Source: Hyphochytrium catenoides (Eukaryota > Protista > Hyphochytriomycota). From it: DNA of 64,000 nucleotides. The DNA is taken from contig FLMG01002424.1 of NCBI GenBank assembly GCA_900088475.1, forward strand, positions 5,912-69,911, written 5' to 3'. This document shows positions 9,663 to 21,500 of the stretch, piece after piece. The position numbers were made by a program, and so were the translations under genes. Below the pieces are notes generated by a model that was given only the letters and a program-made list of their open reading frames with translations, had not been told where the DNA came from and did no database searches. Each line of letters starts with the position of its first letter. Position 1 is the stretch's first letter.

Positions 9663-12600
9663 ATGAACCTGAACACCAATATCTTTGAGATCGTATCCTT
9701 GCCCAAACACCTTGCCCCATCTGCTTTCTTCCTGCCTGAACTCTTTCACTCCCTGTGCTGGGACCTGCCTTTTCCTCTTGCACAATGCCTCTCCGCCTTG
9801 CGCCGCTTCATTCTCTGGTCCCCATATAATCGACTACAGGCTCCTTTCCTTGACTGTATTGTTCTTCTAGTGCTCCATTTCACAGCTTGAATGGCGATGT
9901 TTCGAAAGCCACGGCGTGTCTGGAACAGGTCTACGTGGACAGCGAGAGAAGGACAACGAAAAGACTGCAACTCAGCTTGAAGCGAGAGAGAATGGTGTCA
10001 GGGCAGGCGCTAGAGCTTTAGAGAGCCAGAGGAAACTCTGTACGGTGACCCCTCCTGTGCCACTGGATGCTCACTCCTTGATCACGATTAAGGAGAGGGC
10101 AGACGAGGAGCAAGGTCACAATGACTTTGCGTTCTTCTTCAAAGGCGACGTGGAGCTTCCGCGGCTCTGGGTTTTCTCTGTCAACGGGAAAGACTCTATC
10201 CCGAGCAGTATTGATGGGCTCGAAGGTAAGAGCGATCCGGAAAAAGAAAAGAGAGAAAAGCGTATGAAAGTGAACGCTCTCGATTAGGCTCTTAACGCTT
10301 CATGCACCCTCGTTTGACCTCTCTCTTAGCCTTTCATCGGCTCTGGTCGCCTGTCTCTCCTCTCTGTATATACAAAGGGAGCCTGTATGGCACCTAACTT
10401 GTGCCGTTCTTTGCTGTCTCCCATTTGAATGCTCGTACTTTCACCCTCTTCCTCTCCGTCTTACCCATTTATCTCTCATGTTGGCTTTCGTTCACAGTCT
10501 TCTCTCTTCTTATTTGTCACCTTTCGGATCCTTCAGCTCACTCCTCGGTCTCACTTCCTCGCTTTCTTTCGGTACGCCTCTGGTGCAGAGGTGGGGATGG
10601 GCCAGTTTCAACTTGGAGAGCTTGCCACTCTGCGGTGGGAGAGGGGCCTTACGGAACTCTCTCGTCAATCTGTGGGACAGTACCTCCTCCTTTCTCTCTT
10701 CCTTCGTTCCCTTTCCAAACTGGTAAGAGCTTGCATATCTTTCTAGTCATTGCAACTGCAAGCGTATAATCTCGGCGCTGTGATGGATTGTTCCTGACAT
10801 GAACAGGTGGAGCCGATGCTGGCTCCTCTGGGACTAGTGCAAGAGAGGGGATATCTGATGCTGCAGCACCACCGGAATGCCTTGGGTGGAGACGAGAAGA
10901 GTCGAGCGGGAAGAGATAGGAAAGAGTGAGGGCTAGATTACATCTCAGATAGCCTTTTCTTAGTCTGTCCTTCACGCCTTTCGTCCGTCTCTCCCACACA
11001 CACATGCGCAAAAAGTATCCTCTCTCTCATATCTACATTCCCTCTTTTTTTCTCTCAGTATCTCTCGTCGCTGTCATCTATTGGCTTATACATTCTGGAC
11101 CCTATCTCTTTTCATTTCTCCCTGTTCTCATTGTTTAGCGCTAGCCCAGAACATGACACAAAGATTTTACGTTCCAATCTCTTCAGCCCCACACCTGATA
11201 CGGGAAAGACCAAACGGAGCTCAACAGGAGAGCAGACAGGAGGGAAAGAGGGAAGGGGAGCTGAAGGCAAATGGGTGCCGTCCTGCCAAATATCCTGGGT
11301 GCTGGAGGGAAAAGGTGCTCTGCAGGCCAATGTTCGGACATCCTCTGTTAGACGAAGGAAGCGGGAAGTCGCCCCTTTCGCAGGAGTGAGAAGGAGCACA
11401 AGCTCCCTGTCTTCTGCGATGCCGTCCGGCTCTCTCTCCTCGACATCATCTCCTCTCATTAGCTGGCAGGATATACCTACTAAGGTCTACATTCTTAGGC
11501 ACAGCCTAGAGCTTTCTTTCTTGTCACACTCTTACCTTAGATGAGCTGATTCTATGCCAAGCTATGACGTCTCCTTTGGATTGTCTTCCTCACTCCACCC
11601 CTTTCTCTATCTACATCCTTGATTTTCTAGCTAAATATCTCTGAGACGAATCTCTCACCTGCCTCTGATCCTTCTCCTTTGCAGCAGAAGAGCAAGGTGG
11701 AAGACAAAGCCAAGGTCTCTTCACCGTTGAACTCTTTTACAGGGAAAAAGAGGCCCAGAAGTACCTCCAGGGACTCCAAAGGCCCGTCTCTCTCCTTCCC
11801 AGAGTCAAACATTGATAATGACTTACAGGGTGGAGGCCCTGATATCTCTTTCTCTTCGCTCTCTTCATCAGACTCTTCCTCTTTCCTATCGTACAATCAC
11901 CCAGTGGCTCCTCCTTCTGCCTTGTTAGCTCTCCAGGCTGCAGTAGACAAGTTCTCTAAAGAGCAAGAGAGCCCGTCAGAGGTTTGGGCCCCGTCACTGC
12001 TTCTCCCTGACGAATATTCCGTCAGCAGGGAAGTTGAGAATAGTCTTTATCCGTCGTCTCTTCCCCTACCTTCTGCACTACACTCCGCCGTCTCTGATGC
12101 TGAGCTTCTTTGGAGGAGAAAGAGAGGAAGAGGGGAGGAGAAACACGTCGTTTCCTATGCGGCATATTCGCCTAGACCTAGTCTCCCCTGGCTACTTTCG
12201 CATAGAAGAGAGCGAGAGGACGAAAGCGTACCTTCCTCGAAGTACTACCACCAGTACCAAGACCGGAATGGAAGGGACTCTCCCTCCCAAGCGGAAGAGA
12301 AGAGAGAAGGTGGAGTGAGACATCAGAAGGAGAGTCAAAAGGACGAAAGAGATATCGAGAATGCGCTCTCTTTCTCTTCTGCCTGTTCTCCTGAGGATAT
12401 CGCATGGTCGCTTGTGTTATGGAAGCAGATGCTTCTGGTGCCCTGGTGTTCTTCCCAGCAAATGGCAGGCTCTGGACCTTCTCTTTCGCCCTTTAGACAT
12501 TTTGAAGGGAGAGACGAGGAGGAAGATGCTATGATAGAGGCACGGCCTTCGACAGTAGATGAAAGAGAGTCCTTCCTCTCTCTGGTAGCTCCAATCATGA

Positions 12601-15033
12601 AGGCTCTTAACCGCCTTCTCTCTGCGGAAGGGAAATCGGACGGAGGCGGAGTGTCTCTTCTCTCTCTCAAGCAGTATAATGCAAGGGGAGATAGCGGTCG
12701 AGAGAGAGAAGGGAGTGTGAGAGAGAGAGACGACAGACCTTCTAGCAACAGTGGTGGCAGGAGGACGACAAGGGGAGACAGGGAAGTAACAATAAGAGGC
12801 AATGGGAAGGAGTCCAGCAGCTATCTGGTATGTGTCTTCTACTCTGTCTCTCTGTCTATCCTCTCCCTGCATCCTTTCGCTGACTCGCTCTCGCATTTCT
12901 CGTGTCCTCTGGATTCATTAGGTGATAGTTGTCTGCTCTCTCTCTTCCTCCTCTAGCTGACTGTTTCTTAAGTGTCAAGCATTGTGGCACGTGTTCTTTG
13001 TCTGCGAGGCTGCCGCGTTGTTTGCCTCTAAAGGAGGTCTTTCTTTCTCTCCCTGGTCTCTCTATCTTACGCTGCCTAACTCGTGTCTCTCCCGTCTTGC
13101 GTCTCCCTAGGAGTCCCTCACTGTTCCCCACTTGTTGGTGTCCTTCCAAGAAGACTCTCTTCGGATTCCTGCCTCCGTCCTGCCGTCCTGGGACTACTCT
13201 CAGCTGAAGCCGTACTGCAGTCCGAAGCGAGTAGAGTACATTGCTCTCTCTCCTTTCTCTCCTCCGCTTCTCTCTTCTCTTCGAGGGCTTTTGAGGGAAG
13301 TCTCTTGCACCTATCAGAACTGTTCCCTTGGCTCTCATTCTCCCTTCTCTCTCGCTTCGGAAGGTGTTCCCATACAAAAGACATTAGCAGGACAAACCTG
13401 GCTCTCTTCCTCTTCTCTCTCTTCCTCTTCCAGCTCTATGGGAGGAGGAGAGAAAGGTCTGTTCCAGCCACTTCGCTTCTCGGAGGATGATGCCATTCTT
13501 CTCCTTCCTCCTCCTAGCACAGGGGGCGGAGAGAGCAGCATAGACGAAGGAGAGAGAAGGAAGAAAGAGAGAGAGAGTATCGCTGCTCCATACTATGAAG
13601 CGTGTAAGTCTCTTCGCTCTATTCTCCTCCAGAGGAAGAAGCAGAGGGCTTCGGTCTTCGACCAGCCTCTTGTCTCTATTATTATCTATGTGGTCAGCCC
13701 GTATCTTGGCCCTCTCTCTTCAGAAGAGAATTGCTCCCTTCTGGCGTCTCTCTCTCGTGGCCTCTGGGAAGACTCTCTCTCTTCTCCAGAAAAGGCGACA
13801 AAGGAGGATAGGGGTCGGTCTCCCCGTAAAACTCTCTTTTCTCCTTCCTCGCCGCCTCTTTCTCGGATGGAACAGATCTGTTCCTTGGTCCCCTTTGACT
13901 CTGAGGGCTCTGTAAATATTGTCTTTCATCTGTTAGATCCGGAGAGAGTCCTCTTCCGGTCTTCTCTTTCTCCCTCTGCGAAAGACATCGCTTTCTCTGT
14001 ATATAGCAAGACATTAGTGCCCAAACTACTGGTGCAGAAGAGTGAGGTTAGAGTGACTGAGAGAGAAGAAGAGAGAGAGATGGCGAAGAAGTATGGCAAN
14101 NNNNNNNNNNNNNNNNNNNNNNNNNNNNNNNNNNNNNNNNAATGCCTTCCCTACAGTTTCTCTCTCTTCTTTCTCCTCCCATGAGAGAGAGAAGGCGGTG
14201 AGGAGGACGCGAGGATCAGAGAAGAATGGGACCCAGGAAGAGGAAACAGTTCTTTCTTCCGCCTGCCGCGCCGTATATTCCTATGGCTTACATCTTCTCC
14301 GTCTGCTCGGACCAAGTGTCACCGGATTTTCAGTAGCGAAGTTAGGAAGTATGGGAAGAGAGGAATTGAAAGAGTGGAAGAAACTGCTGAAAGAAGTGCC
14401 TGTGGCCTCTTGTTCTCTCCTACTTCTCTCTCAGAGACACTCAGTGCAACTCACGCGCGGGGTTAAGGACAAAGAAGTCACAGTGAGCAAGTCTCCAGGC
14501 AACAGCAGTTCTAAAGAGGGAGGAAGAACAGAGAAAGGCTCTCCTTCATCCTCTATCCTGGGCTCCTCCGTGCTCTGTCTGCCACGGTCTCTTGTGTCTC
14601 CAGTACTATCGCAGTCATTTTCTTCTCCAGAGAGAGAAACACCGAGTGACACGCAGTGGAAGATAGAGAAACAGACAGTGCAGGAGTTCATTGGGGTTCA
14701 AAGCGCCGGCGGTCTGCTGATCCCAATACCCGGTAGGGCCTGGAAGGCGGAAGGGCTGGGGCTTCCAGTATTGGAGGACCTGCAGCAGGACACAGAGCAC
14801 GAGGAAGAGAGTACAGTCGAGGTGAGAGACACAGATAGAAGGAATGAGAACATAAATGGAAGAGGGAAGAGGGGCATCTTCATCTTCCTATCTCTCCTGG
14901 GGTCCTCCTCACCTCAAAACGGAAACCGCACCCACTTATCCTTCTCTGGCGTCTAATACTCTCTCTCTCCTCTTCTCTCTCTCTCTCTCCTCTTGTCTCT
15001 CTCTCTCTCTCCTTGTCTCTCTTTCTCTCCTTG

Positions 15034-15065
<32 letters not shown>

Positions 15066-15547
15066 TCTTTTTTATTCTTGTCTTAATCGCGCTTCCCAAT
15101 CGCCGCTGGCCAATATCTCTCTTTTAATACATCTCAGGTTCATCTCCTAGCGCATTGGAAGCAGCAAGAGGAAATGGAGGTAAGAGAAAGGCTGGTTAAG
15201 AACAACAACTCTAGACTAACTCTTTCTTTGCTCATTCTCTGCGCCACTTCTTCCTCCGTCTCCTTGGCGTTTTTATGGTCTCTTCTTCTCCTTTTCGTTC
15301 GCTGCTAATTATCCTCTCTCCTTGTCTCCCTCTCTCCCCGCAGATTTGGCCGGACAAGGAGTTCTCTGACGCCGAGCGGTCTCCCCTACTGCCGCTGCTC
15401 CATCAGTTCCACTCACTCTCTTTCCTGACCTCATCTCCGTCTGACCTCCGCCGTCGATCTACACTTCCCCTCCATGCCCACGCGGTGGAACAGCTGAAAG
15501 GGATGATAGAGAGATCCTCTTCTTCCTCTCCGAGTGCTGACTCCTAG
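9663..15547 (+). CDS. MED13: Mediator of RNA polymerase II transcription subunit 13 (multi-exon, interrupted by a gap)
   Basis: Proposed exons: 9663-9692, 9871-10225, 10589-10722, ~11059-11484 (acceptor uncertain), 11631-12827, 13111-14046, ~14160-14821 (5' end at gap), 15138-15179, 15344-15547. Motifs: N-terminal TNIFEI|CSISQLEWR (cf. Med13 NLF.LA.L..I.W), ESLTVPHLLVSFQEDSLRIPASVLPSWDYSQLKPYCSPKRVEYIAL, and C-terminal LLHQFHSLSFLT...RRSTLPLH..AVEQL. Confidence 0.88.
9693..9870 (+). other. U12-type (minor spliceosome) GT-AG intron, MED13 intron 1
   Basis: Donor GTATCCTT; branch site TTTCCTTGAC at 9845-9854 with the branch A 17 nt upstream of the AG ending at 9870. Splicing here restores the conserved Med13 N-terminal spacing. 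Confidence 0.8.
14960..15062 (+). repeat. (CT)n microsatellite in a MED13 intron
   Basis: Direct reading of the sequence. Confidence 0.9.
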
Positions 15548-18500
15548 TCCCTTTCCTTTATGGCAGAGACAGATGAGTGACGAAGACTGTGGGCCAACAT
15601 ATCACACAGGTCCCTTCCCTCTGTTCCTCTGCTGAGGCAATGTCTGTGACATCCGCTAAGTGTTTGTCTTCCTTTTCTCTCTCTTTCTCTGGTTTTTGCT
15701 TTTTGTCTAGTTGGTCCTGGATCCTCCCTTTCACTCCCTCTCTCTTTCTCTTCTCTTCCTTTCTTTTTCTTCTCAGAGAAGCATTGTAAGCCATAATGAG
15801 AACTATGATGTTAACTTCCTAGGTGTATATTATATATAGTACAGTTCATCTACGCCAAGAGATGCATAGAGTCTGGAAAGGGAGAGAGAGAGACAAAGGA
15901 AACGAGCGTGGCGACAAAGGGCCGCAGAGAGCTTCACCTCTGGTATGAGCAAGTCGGCTATCTACCAAAGGCTTCCGGTCCACGCCCAACAACTCACCTC
16001 TAAGTTTACAGACTTGAACCACCTTCCTTCCTTGTCTCCTCTCTCTCTCTCTCCCTCTGTGTTCCCTCTTTCCTTCCTCTCCTTCCCTTCTGCCGACTAT
16101 CGACCATCACGGATAAAAAGAGGCCGATTGCGCTACCTTCGTTTTGAACCCTTTCCCCCTCCCTTGCCTTTCCCTCCGGTCAGAGCTTTGCCTACGTTTC
16201 CCTTGAGCTTAAGCACGCCATCTCTAAAGTGCGGCAGCTCTCTGAGTCCGCCTCTCTCTTCCTTTCTTCCTCCCTTCTTCTCTTTCCCTCGTTGAGGAAG
16301 AGAAGAAAACTTCTTTTGTCCTAGAGTAGAGCCTATCACTTGCGATTCACGGGCCTGCAAGAGAGAGATTGCTTTTAAAAAGAGCTTTTGTGGGAAGCCG
16401 CGCCGTGCTCAAGAGGAGAGAAGGGCTAAGCAAAGAAGGATAAGAGAGAGAAGAGGAAAGAGAGAAAGCCGTGGCTAGGGGAAAGGCTTGAGAGAGGCAG
16501 ATTGATTTGGCGCAAGTGGCTCTTACTCTATCTGCTCGTCTCCCCTCTCTTTCCTCTTGCTTCTTCTTCCTCCCTTGATAGATCTTATAAGGTATCTTCT
16601 GGTTTGACTGTGGCTGTTACCGCGAACAAAGAGAGAGAGAGAGGAGAGATCCGGTTAGAGAGGCAGAGATACAAAGGAGAGACTGCGAGTTAGAGGAAAA
16701 CGGAGAGAAGGAGGAAGATGGGTTTACTCCTATTTTTACCTTGGCCCCAAGCTTGATAAGCTTACTTCGCTCGGCCTTCTTTCTGTCTTTCGCATGCATT
16801 AGCTCTACACCTGCAGGGAACCGTCGAGAGAGAGAGAGAGAGAGTCGCAGGCAAACACAGAGAGAAAAAGATGAAGAGAGCGGAGAGAGAGAGAGAGAGA
16901 GAACAAATGGCGACCTGTTAGCTGAAAAGTGGGAGATGCCAAGAACCAGAATTGAAGATGTGAAGCTGTCTTGTCTAAGCTAGACTTCCTCTTCTTCTCT
17001 AGATAGTTCCCCCCTTTCAACACCTAATTTTTTTCTATGCTCTAGCTCACACTCGCACAGTTGCCCCTCTTCTCTCTCCTCCTCTTCCTTCTCATCTTAG
17101 CCTTTGTCTCTGTCTCCCACCGCTCACTTTGTCGCTCTTGGTGTCTCTCTCCCTTTTTCTTTCACCCTTCCTCTCTCTCTGTCTCTGTCTCTCTGTCTCT
17201 CTTCTCTTTCTCTCTCTCTGTTCCCCTATAAGTATCCCGTTCTTCCCAAGTTTTTCTTCTCTATCGCACACCTCCTTTCCTTACCTAGATCACTTGCCTC
17301 TTTTAGGATGGCCCTGACGTCTAAATCCGCGAGCTCCTGGGCACCTCTTCCTCCCTCCACAAGCCGCCGTCGCTTAGCTCCCGCTGACAATCCTTGCGAA
17401 TGCACCTCAAAGGCTTTTGGTGACTTGCGGATGAGAGGAGAGCGCGTAGAGAACATGGAAATAGACGCAGCAGGGAGAACAGAGCACGTGATAAGTCAGA
17501 GGTTTCTCCCAGCAGCATAAACTCCTAAAATTTTGGTAGGTACCATAAAGCCATCATCTGCCGGTGGGGTGTAGGAAGCTGCTCTTCTAGACGGAAGTGT
17601 CGGGCATTGTACAACCACTGGGACTGGCGCGGGTCTCTTGCGACCAATAGTAGTCATTTCTCCTGTAGGGGAGACCTCTTGATGTTTTTTCTTACTTCTT
17701 CCAGGCTGAGGACGATAGAGGTAGCTCGACTCTTGCTAACAGCAGAGGGCGAGAAGCAAAGAACCTCATCGACAGGTGCCTAGGTCAGGAATACGTGGCA
17801 GAACAAAGGTCGACCTAGCTTACATCAGGCTAAGCACTGAAGAGTTGGCAGATAGGAGACCTGGAGTCGCAAGAGCCTACAAAACGCAATGGCAAAACTT
17901 CAGAATTCAGCAGCAGCAAATTATGTTGCTTGGTGCCAATGCCACTGATTATCTCAAAGGTGTAGTTACAGATAACTCAACACAGAGGAAATCTGTGACA
18001 TAGGTGATGGATACTACTGCGTAATCGGCAAGCTATGCTCAGACTAGTAACTGATGTCTTAGATTTAGTCTCAGTCATCCTCCTGGAGTTTGAGTTATTG
18101 CATCTTCAAGCTCGCTCGATCTCTTTGACTCCTTGAGGTACCACCGCCTTGCACTCACTATTGGTCAAGGCTTCAAAGTTCAGCTCATCGCGAAAGGCTA
18201 GATTGCTGGCATGGTTCGCATTATCGAGTAAGACTAAGCCGCAGACTCAGTGTACCTAGCCGATCCTCTTATCTTCCGTGCCCGCAGGGTGGACTTCCAG
18301 TGGGCCCGCAATGCAAGGCATTGGCGTTGCCACTTTGAGTGGGAGAGGTCCTGGTGGCTCATCAGGGACATAGTGCTTCTATTTAACTTCTATCCGTTTT
18401 GAACGCGGCAAGCTGCCATGTGAGCACCCTTTGCGGTCAGCATGAACTGACAAGGATATTCAAGCATAGTCCCGCCCTGCACCCTGGAATGGCACTATTG

Positions 18501-18588
18501 TCCATCTCTCGGCTACCTTGTCTGCTGGCTACACGACGCAAGGATAGCGCTCCGTATCGAAGAGAGGGGATCTAAAGTGTGACCTATC

Positions 18589-21500
18589 ATGGGGAACTCA
18601 TCTTCATCTTCAGGCGTATCGGGCGCGGTCAACGGAATATTGAATCGCACCCTTAGCTCTCCAAGCGCGCAGCCTGCCATTGACATATTGCAGGCGGCGG
18701 AGAAAGCCGTTGGGAGAGAGGTTGTAGAATCAGTGAAAGAAGCTTTCCAGCGTCTTCAGCCTGCGCCTCAGTCTCCCTCCTCCCCCTCTCGACCTTTATC
18801 GCGCCCTGCCTCTTACCCATGGACAGCGCGTCAGGAGGAACTCTCAGCGCTCGAGGCGCTGTGGCTCACTCCTCAAGTCTTCAAGCAGGAGATTCTCACA
18901 CCTCTCTTTCCTGACATGGTGAGTGATTGTGGGGCTTGCTGCCCTCCCCTTTCTGCTGTCGTTCTCTGCTTGGGAGTGCTGCCCTCAGCTCAGCTGCCCA
19001 GTGCCTGCCCTGTCTAGTGTCGTCAACTTCTCCTAGATTGCTCAAATGGAATTCTCTTTGGTCCTACCTTCTGGGCTTGTCTGGCCTTCTCTATTCGCTG
19101 ATTGTCTTCTCTCCGTCCTCTCTTCTTTGCGCTGCCCTCTTCCTTACCAGGTATGCTTGCTTCGTCGTTCTCCTGACGTTTACTGCTGCTCTGTCTCTAA
19201 CCCTCGTCTTGTTCCTCCCTTCCCGTTTGGTGTTTGATTGGTTGGCTGCTTCTTTCCTTGATAAGCCCCCAGTCCTGGCAGAATGCATCTTCAACACCTT
19301 TGACCTTAACTCCAGTGGACGCATAGAGCTCTCCGACTTTCTGATGGTCATCGTCATAGTCTTTGGTGAAGAAAGGGAGACAGCGCACAGAAGAGAGACA
19401 GCACGTGCTGGAGGTCGAGGCTGGGAAGACCGGAAGACTTTGGGAGTGTCTGAGCACCTGCTGTGGCTCCTCTTTCGCCTATACGATATCCAGTCACAAG
19501 CCAGGAGAAAGGAGTCTTCGACTCCGCCCACGCCCGTTTCTCTCTCTTCTTTGCTTCTCTCTTGCAGCGGTGGAAAAGTCAGTCGAGACACCATTGAGAG
19601 GTTTATGCAGGTGGAGCGACATGGCACTGCTTTAACTCCTAGCTTACAGTACACCTCCTTCCGGAGTCGCTTTACCCTCCCGGCCCTTGGTCTTCATCCT
19701 TGATCTCTATCTGTCTCCCTCTCACCGACTAGTTACTGCTCTTTCGTCGTTGCAAAGGTGCTATCGGTCTCTCCTTACGTTCTGTTGCGGTGTCTCCGAT
19801 GTCAATCAGGTACTCTATGGTCGTCGAGTCACATCTACCAGTCAGAACGAGCATATGTTAGACCTTCTGTTCTCTCCTATTGGAGTCTCTAAGGTATATG
19901 CGGTGCTTCTCTCGTCTTTTTTCCTTCGTTGTTTACTTCAGAAGCAGCATCTAAGAGCAACTGTTTTCCTCTCTCTCCCTATTACTCTACTCTTTCCACT
20001 ACTTCTATAAGCTCTTTCTTTCCCATAAACTCATACAGTGCCCTTTCTTCTCATCCCATCCTTCCGCTCTTGGTGCATAGGCCGGTAGCCTGAACTCCCA
20101 TGAATGGACAAGTCGTATGCTGTCTCTCTATAGAAACAGAGTCAAAGGCGTTTCTCTCCTTACAGACTGGCTTAGATTTCTCCTACGTCGTGTCGTCTTC
20201 CCCTCTCCTCTCTGTTCTCTTCTTCTGGTAGTAGAGGTACGGTATGATGCAGGAAGAGTGAGGCAGAGCTTGATTGACTCTTCCCTCTTCACTGGAGCAG
20301 AGATCTTTGCCATACAGAATGCCTTCAGGACGTTGGTGGAGAAGCAACGGAGAGAAAGAGAGGTAGAGCTCGAGAGAAGAGCGGAAGAAGAAAGAAGGCA
20401 GGAAGTAGGGCCATTGGAGCCTGTGCCTCTCTCTTCTTCTTCTTCTTCGTCAGCTTCCCTGACAGAGATCGCGGGGCTAAGACTTGGATACGACTCTCTA
20501 CTTTACATCTTTTCACCTTGTGTTCCGGAGGAATTTGTCCGTCAACTCGTAAGCAAGGTGCCTGCTCTCTGTCTCTGGATAGATCACTCTTCTTCTTCGT
20601 CGTCGTCTTTGTCCATGGGAGGACAGAGAGAGAAAGAAAGAAATGATGGGATGAGGAGGCAATTAAGTAGGAGAGCAAGTGCAAGAGATGTCTCGGACGA
20701 CGAAAGAGGCGGAAATGCAGGGTTGGACATCTTGGACGTCTCCTCTCTGCTCTCCCTCTTCTGCAGGGGTTCCCGCAGGGACCGATACTCGTTCCTTTTC
20801 CGGCTCTTTACGAACAAAGAAACTTCCTCAGCTGCCGCTCTTTCCTCTTCTGCTACTCTCTCGGAGACCGAGCTGCGGAATATAGTAGAGATGAGCATGC
20901 ACTGTCTATACTTCTCATTTCCAGCGCTTCCCTGGGAGGACGAGGAAAGCAAGACGGCAAGGAAAAACAAGGTTCGTCTATTATGAGAGATCTCTTGAGC
21001 CGGCGACGTAACTGCTACAACCAGCCCTTCTCCCCTTTCACGTCTGGTGAATCAGGCTGACTACGGCGTTTCTCTTACTTTTTCTTCTCTCTCTCTCTCT
21101 CTTCTCGCTTTCTGTCTCGCTTCATTAATCGTCCTTTCCATAGCTCCTTTTCGTCTTCCTTACCTGGTTTGCTACTTTGAGCTTTCTCTGCGGTTGTCCT
21201 GTTTACTTTGACGACTGACCTTATCCTCTCAAAATGACCTCAGCTCATCGCTTATGCGCTAGAGGTTGCTCGATCGGTATCGAAGGTACAGAATTCACAG
21301 AAAGATGAGCGAATGCGACCAAAAGCAGGAGAATCTTTAACAGCTAAAGAAGAGGATAAACGGGAGCTCATGGTAGAAGACGAGGAGAAGGAGGACAGAG
21401 GATCAGAGATTGCGCTATCCGGTCCCACGTTTGAAGTTTGGAACCGGCGCGTGAGAGAGGAAACAGGGAATGATATCCTAGGCTCCCTCATGCTCTCTGT

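Noticed and set aside
18050-18240. Minus-strand GLVLLDNANH resembling a DDE transposase motif
   Set aside because: Only about 45 codons between stops, with no other transposase motifs.
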